DNA of 64,000 bases from an uncultured delta proteobacterium (GTDB lineage Bacteria; Myxococcota_A; Polyangia; Polyangiales; Polyangiaceae): the NCBI GenBank assembly GCA_963716725.1, contig CAVQUB010000012.1:128001-192000 (forward strand). The letters run 5' to 3'. The position numbers and the translations under genes are program-made. The notes under the pieces were generated by a model. It saw only the letters and a program-made list of their open reading frames with translations. It was not told the DNA's origin and made no database searches. Shown piece after piece: positions 59,265 through 64,000 of the stretch. Each line of letters begins with the position of its first letter. Position 1 is the first letter of the stretch.

Positions 59265-59876
59265 TTGGAACGTCGCCGGGTGCTCGGGCTGGCTTTGGCC
59301 GGCGTCATCGTCTTGCCCGCGGGTTGGTGGCTCTGGTCGCTCGTCCGCTTTCCCAGCGACCGGACGCCGGAGGGCGCCTACCTGCGCGTTGCACGGGCCG
59401 TCAACGAAGGGCGTGCCGAGAAGTTCTTTGCGTACACCGAGACCGAAGCCCAGCACGCGTGCTTCACCATTCGCACCTATCGCAAGCAGGCACGCGATCG
59501 GGTGCTCGCGGCGTATCCCGAACCTGAACGCACCCAACTCGCCGCGGAGTGGGCGCCCGAGGCCTTGGCCGCCGACGGCGCCGACGTGTTCGTGTTGCAC
59601 GCCGCGAAGCGTGGGTGGGTCGATCGCTTGCGCCGCGACCTGTCCGGCATCGCGAAGGTCGAGATCGTGGGCGAGCGCGCCACCGTCCAGACAGTGAAGG
59701 GCACCCGCTATGCCTTTCGCCGGCGGGACAACGGCATTTGGGGCCTGACGCTGTTCACGGCAGCGCTCCACGCCGAGGCCGAGAAAGCGGCACGGGACGC
59801 GGCCTTGATCGAGAAGAACGCCGGGGACTACGAGCGGGTCCGCGGGCGGGAGCGGGGCGCGATCGATGGGGGCTGA
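59265..59876 (+). CDS. Hypothetical membrane-anchored protein (start uncertain)
   Basis: N-terminal hydrophobic helix; SDRTPEGAY; coding-like composition. Confidence 0.6.
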   Translation: MERRRVLGLALAGVIVLPAGWWLWSLVRFPSDRTPEGAYLRVARAVNEGRAEKFFAYTETEAQHACFTIRTYRKQARDRVLAAYPEPERTQLAAEWAPEALAADGADVFVLHAAKRGWVDRLRRDLSGIAKVEIVGERATVQTVKGTRYAFRRRDNGIWGLTLFTAALHAEAEKAARDAALIEKNAGDYERVRGRERGAIDGG

Positions 59877-59907
59877 CGCATCGCGCGTTGTCGCGTAGCC
59901 TTGGACG

Positions 59908-60573
59908 ATGACGGCTCCCGATAGCGACGAGCCGCTGGCCAACCTTCAGCCGGAGGTGCAGCCCGCAGCGGAAGTCGCAGAGGACGTCGCAGAGGATGCG
60001 GATGCGGATGCGGGCGCGGCCGAGAGCGCGCCCTCGGCCACAGAGCCTCCTGTCAGCGGCGCATCCGTGGACGGACTCTTGCGAAGGTTTCTCAGCCTTC
60101 CGCCGATCCGGGTCTCGGCGCCACCGCCCCCGGACCCGCTGGTCAATCGAACCGCATCGACGCTTCCCGCTCCTGGCGAGGCGCCGTCGCTGGAGACCTT
60201 CACTCAGGATCTGGCCGAGGTCGAGCCGCTCTTGGCCGCCGGCAACTGGGACGCGGTGATCGAGGCGCTCTCACAACGCGACACGCTGCCCCCGCCGCTG
60301 GCGTTGCTCTACGCCGTCGCGCTCAACGAGCGCGGAGGCAAGGGCGATCCTCACGGGCTGGCGATCCGCGCCGCCGCCGCGCTCTTGTGCGTGCCCGACA
60401 CCAGCGAGACGGCCCTGGTGGTGGCCAAGCGCCTGCTGCGCACCAACCCCGTCGCGTGGAAGAAGCGGAGTGCGCCCTCAGCCGGCCTTTCGATCTTCAT
60501 CGTGCTGACCGTCGCCACCGTCGGCGCGCTCGTCGGGTTCTTGGTTGGACCTGGCGGTTGGATCTTGCGCTAG
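59908..60573 (+). CDS. Hypothetical protein with C-terminal TM helix
   Basis: Acidic disordered N-terminus, helical core, terminal TM. Confidence 0.6.
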   Translation: MTAPDSDEPLANLQPEVQPAAEVAEDVAEDADADAGAAESAPSATEPPVSGASVDGLLRRFLSLPPIRVSAPPPPDPLVNRTASTLPAPGEAPSLETFTQDLAEVEPLLAAGNWDAVIEALSQRDTLPPPLALLYAVALNERGGKGDPHGLAIRAAAALLCVPDTSETALVVAKRLLRTNPVAWKKRSAPSAGLSIFIVLTVATVGALVGFLVGPGGWILR

Positions 60574-60606
60574 CCTCGCAGAATCACTGTCGCATCCGCG
60601 TCCATT

Positions 60607-61701
60607 GTGGATCCAATCCTCGTTTCAGCAGCCCTCGCGGCTCTGGCTGCCCTCTCGGCGGGATCGGTGGCGGTCATCCGAAGGCGTACGAACCAGGTCG
60701 CCCGCGCTGCTTTGGAGCTCGGCCTCCAATACGATGGCGAGCGGGACGTCCTGAAGGGCCGCAGAGCGGGCGTGAGCGTGGGAGCCGGGGCGGCGCCTGT
60801 TGTCAGGCAGCTGGAGGCGGAGCTCGGGCTTCGCAGGGAGGACGCCCTGAGCCGAAGCGTCTTCCGAGTCGCGGCAGCTCTCGACCCGCCGCTGGATCTC
60901 GGCTTGAAGGTCGAAGGCCGCGGATTCTTCTCGCTGCACGAGGACATCTTCGCGACGGACCACGATTTCGAGCACCGCTATGCGACGCATGTCGACGATC
61001 CCGCTCGAGCCCGTGCGCTGCTCGGCCCGGAGCTTCGGAGGCGGCTCGTGACCGTGGCCGGAATATGGAAAGCCTGGCTGGTCGACGGAGGCGTGTTGCT
61101 CGAATCCGCGAGCCGCCCCAACGCAGCGGAGCTGGTCGCTCTGGTCGACGCGGCGGAGGCGATCGTCGCCGACTTGGAAGAGCGCCGCGCGGACCTTCCG
61201 CTCCCGGCGCAGATCGAGAGCGTCATCGATTCGTGGCGGCGCCAAGCAGGCGAGCTCGAACTGAGCCTGAGCCTCAACCCCGTTCGCGCGGAGGGCAAGG
61301 CCCTTCGGGCGCGCATCGAGCGCGTTCACGCGAGATCCTTCGAGATGGTCGTGACCGCGGCCATCTCACCGCCACTCGGGCTCGAAGTGCAGGCGCGAAG
61401 CACTCAGGACATGGGGCTTGCCGTGACGTCGGCCCGCGACGTGACGACCGGAGAGCTGGCCTTCGACAGCGTTTTCGGCGCCGAGGCCCGCGACGAGAGC
61501 GCGTTTCGCCAGGCCTTCGGCGCCGAGGTGCGCCGTCACCTCCTCGACCTCGCCCCAGCGTACGCCGTGTCCGTGGACGACGCCGGCATCACCCTGCGCG
61601 GCGCGCTGGGCGACGGCGAGGCCTTCGGACGCATGTGTGCGCGAGCGAGCGAAGCTGCGGCGCTCCTTGCTCGGCGGCGCAGCGCGTCGGCCTACCGGTG
61701 A
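60607..61701 (+). CDS. Hypothetical membrane-anchored protein with two similar domains
   Basis: N-terminal TM; repeated PPL.LGL.V...F...F / L..E.RR.L pattern. Confidence 0.6.
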   Translation: MDPILVSAALAALAALSAGSVAVIRRRTNQVARAALELGLQYDGERDVLKGRRAGVSVGAGAAPVVRQLEAELGLRREDALSRSVFRVAAALDPPLDLGLKVEGRGFFSLHEDIFATDHDFEHRYATHVDDPARARALLGPELRRRLVTVAGIWKAWLVDGGVLLESASRPNAAELVALVDAAEAIVADLEERRADLPLPAQIESVIDSWRRQAGELELSLSLNPVRAEGKALRARIERVHARSFEMVVTAAISPPLGLEVQARSTQDMGLAVTSARDVTTGELAFDSVFGAEARDESAFRQAFGAEVRRHLLDLAPAYAVSVDDAGITLRGALGDGEAFGRMCARASEAAALLARRRSASAYR

Positions 61702-61853
61702 AGGTGTGCGTCCAACTCGATCTTCGAGGTCAGCGACCAGACTGCACGAGGTGGGATAGCCACTCGCCAGCAGCCAGCACCCGGCACAGGTCAGCAGCTG
61801 CTCGCGAGAGCACCCGTCACGGTTGGCGAGGTTCCCCGCGCCTTCGCTCCCAG

Positions 61854-62285
61854 CTAACGCGGCTCGCGCGTCTTCGCATCTTCGTAGCGTAGGCCGTCGG
61901 GCTTGCCGAGCTCGACGGGCAGGCCCTCCGCGCGCCAGCCGGGCGTCATGCGACCAAACGCGTCGCGCGTGCCTTCCCAGCCCGTGAACAGGTTCGAGAC
62001 GTCGGTGTAGCCGACCTGGATCAGCATCTCCGCTGCGCGCAGCGAGCGCTGTCCGGAGCGGCAGCCCATCACCAGCTGCTCGTTCTTGCCGAAGCAACGC
62101 TGCATGACCTCGAGGAACTCGGGATTGGGCACCATGCCGGCGCCGCCCGCGTGAAGCAGCGGCACGTTGAACGAGCCCGGCGCGTGTCCTGCTTCGAACT
62201 CCGGTTCGCTGCGCACGTCCACGTAGACGGCACCGGCCTCCAGCAGCGCTTGGGTTTCTTGGGGCGAGACGCTCTTGACGGTCAC
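61854..62285 (-). CDS. Rhodanese-like domain protein
   Basis: YVDVRS..EF.AGH.PG, CRSGQRS. Confidence 0.9.
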   Translation of the reverse strand: MTVKSVSPQETQALLEAGAVYVDVRSEPEFEAGHAPGSFNVPLLHAGGAGMVPNPEFLEVMQRCFGKNEQLVMGCRSGQRSLRAAEMLIQVGYTDVSNLFTGWEGTRDAFGRMTPGWRAEGLPVELGKPDGLRYEDAKTREPR

Positions 62286-62361
62286 GGGGCCTCCATTTTA
62301 GAGCGGCCGAACGTAGTGCCGACCGGGCGTCTCGGCTAGGGTCCCGAACCGGAGAACTGCT

Positions 62362-64000
62362 TTGACCCTTCGCATCGTGCCTTTGGGGGGCTTGGGCGAA
62401 ATTGGCATGAACTGCCTCGCCATCGAGCAACCCGACGGCATCTTGGTGGTCGACGCCGGCATCACGTTCCCGCATCAAGATCTCGGGGTCGACGTCTACC
62501 ACCCGGACTTCAGCTGGCTCGACCAGCATGCCGATCGCGTGGTCGGAGTCTTCCTGACACACGGTCACGAGGACCACGTCGGAGCGCTTCCCTATCTGCT
62601 CGAGCACCTCGACGTTCCGGTCTTCGGACCTCCGCACGCTCTGGCGATGGCCAAGCGCCGGCTGGTGGAGCACGATTTCGCTTCCCACGACCTCGATCTG
62701 CACGAGGTGCGGGCCGGCTCCCTGACTCGGGTCGGCCCCTTCGAGGTCGAGGCGATCCGTGTCTCACACTCCATCGTCGAAGCCAGCGCGCTCTGCATCG
62801 AGACCGCGGAAGGGTTCGTGGTCCACACCGGCGACTTCACCTTCGACGACGCGCCCCCGGACGGTGAGCCCGCCGACGTGGCGCGGCTCGAGGCCATCGG
62901 CAGCCGGGGCGTCGAGCTCTTGCTCAGCGACAGCACCAACGTGGACACGCCCGAGCGAGCCGGATCCGAGCGAGGGGTCGGCGCCGCCCTCGAGCGCATC
63001 GTCAGTCAGGCGCCCGCTCGGGTCGTGATCGCGCTCTTCGCCAGCAACGTGCAGCGCTTGATCTCTCTGGGCGGCATCGCGGCGCGAACCGGGCGCAGGA
63101 TCGCCCTCCTCGGTCGCAGCCTCACGACGCAACGTGAGATCGCGTCGGCTATCGGGCGTTTGAAGTGGCCGAGCAACCTGTTGGTCGCGCCCGAAGAGAT
63201 CAAGAACGTGCCGCGCGATCAGCTGATCCTGCTGGCCGGTGGCACCCAAGCGGAGCCCAACAGCGCCATGAGCCGCCTGGCTTCCGGCGCACACCCTCAC
63301 CTCACGCTCGACGCAGGCGACTCGGTGGTGTTTTCGTCGCGCGTGATCCCGGGCAACGAACGCGCGGTGCTCGCGCTGATGAACGATCTGCTGCGGCGGG
63401 GCCTGACGTTGCACACCCGCGCTACCGATCCGGACGTGCACACCAGCGGGCACGCGGGGCGTTCGGAACAGCGTCGCATGATCGAGCTGACGGCCCCCCG
63501 GGCCTTCGTGCCCGTGCACGGGACCCTCTCCCACCTGCTGCGACACGCCGAGCTCGCTCGCGAAATCGGAGTCGGTGAGGCGCTGGTGGTCGAAAATGGG
63601 CAGTCCGTGCGCTTCTCACGCCAGCAGGGGCTGTCCCGTGGGGAGCGCGTCGCGTGCGGCCGCATCGCAGTCGGACAGGGAGGCGAGCCGCTCTCCGTCG
63701 AGACGCTCGAGCTTCGCGCTGAACTTGGGAGGCGCGGACTGGTCTGCGTCAGCCTGCGCCTCGAAGAGTCGGGGGAAGTCCGCGACTCTCCGCTCGTCGC
63801 GTCGCGCGGCGTGCCGCTGATGGACGGCGATGAGGCTGCTCTGAGGAGCGTGGCGCGCGACGTGACCGCTTCCCTCGCACGGGTGCGTGGTTGGCGCGGC
63901 GTGGATCTCGAAGACGAGGTGCGGCGCGCGGTGCGGCGTCGCGTCGCAGCTATCTCCGGCGCGCGGCCGGTGGTCGAAGTGCTCCTGCAACGGCCCTCGC
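62362..64000 (+). CDS. rnj: Ribonuclease J (runs off window end; absent from ORF track)
   Basis: TTG start LRIVPLGGLGEIGMNC; THGHEDH; HTGDF; FASNVQR; IPGNE; HTSGH; PVHG. Confidence 0.95.
   Translation, partial: MTLRIVPLGGLGEIGMNCLAIEQPDGILVVDAGITFPHQDLGVDVYHPDFSWLDQHADRVVGVFLTHGHEDHVGALPYLLEHLDVPVFGPPHALAMAKRRLVEHDFASHDLDLHEVRAGSLTRVGPFEVEAIRVSHSIVEASALCIETAEGFVVHTGDFTFDDAPPDGEPADVARLEAIGSRGVELLLSDSTNVDTPERAGSERGVGAALERIVSQAPARVVIALFASNVQRLISLGGIAARTGRRIALLGRSLTTQREIASAIGRLKWPSNLLVAPEEIKNVPRDQLILLAGGTQAEPNSAMSRLASGAHPHLTLDAGDSVVFSSRVIPGNERAVLALMNDLLRRGLTLHTRATDPDVHTSGHAGRSEQRRMIELTAPRAFVPVHGTLSHLLRHAELAREIGVGEALVVENGQSVRFSRQQGLSRGERVACGRIAVGQGGEPLSVETLELRAELGRRGLVCVSLRLEESGEVRDSPLVASRGVPLMDGDEAALRSVARDVTASLARVRGWRGVDLEDEVRRAVRRRVAAISGARPVVEVLLQRPS

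Overview
GC-rich (visually about two-thirds G+C) bacterial chromosome segment whose content points to Myxococcota, most likely Polyangiales/Polyangiaceae: MYXO-CTERM, Cys-rich and Gly-rich lipoproteins, a bactofilin trio and Glt-like TPR and beta-barrel proteins. Housekeeping genes (atpG 3' part, glmS, nhaA, pyrE, DAHP synthase, trxA, purB, RNase J 5' part, RNA methyltransferases) are interleaved with many secreted or lipoprotein genes. The most striking structure is a nested mobile element at 26445-27513. It is an IS630-family element with matching terminal inverted repeats that has lost its DDE domain. A GxxExxY (PD-(D/E)XK-like) cassette sits in its transposase 3' end, flanked by an 8-bp direct repeat and carrying its own ~33-bp inverted repeats. 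Other points: a sigma54-driven transcript with a long terminated 3' UTR (candidate sRNA), an orphan bufferin(BufA2)-like Cys peptide, a Cu-monooxygenase-like lipoprotein with an apparent Met-to-His CuM change, a VKOR-DsbA/OmpA-like/TlpA operon, dispersed Glt-like gliding genes, and several +1 frameshifts near AGATCG that are probably sequencing errors. All assignments come from motif recognition by eye; no searches were run. No tRNA, rRNA or CRISPR array was seen.
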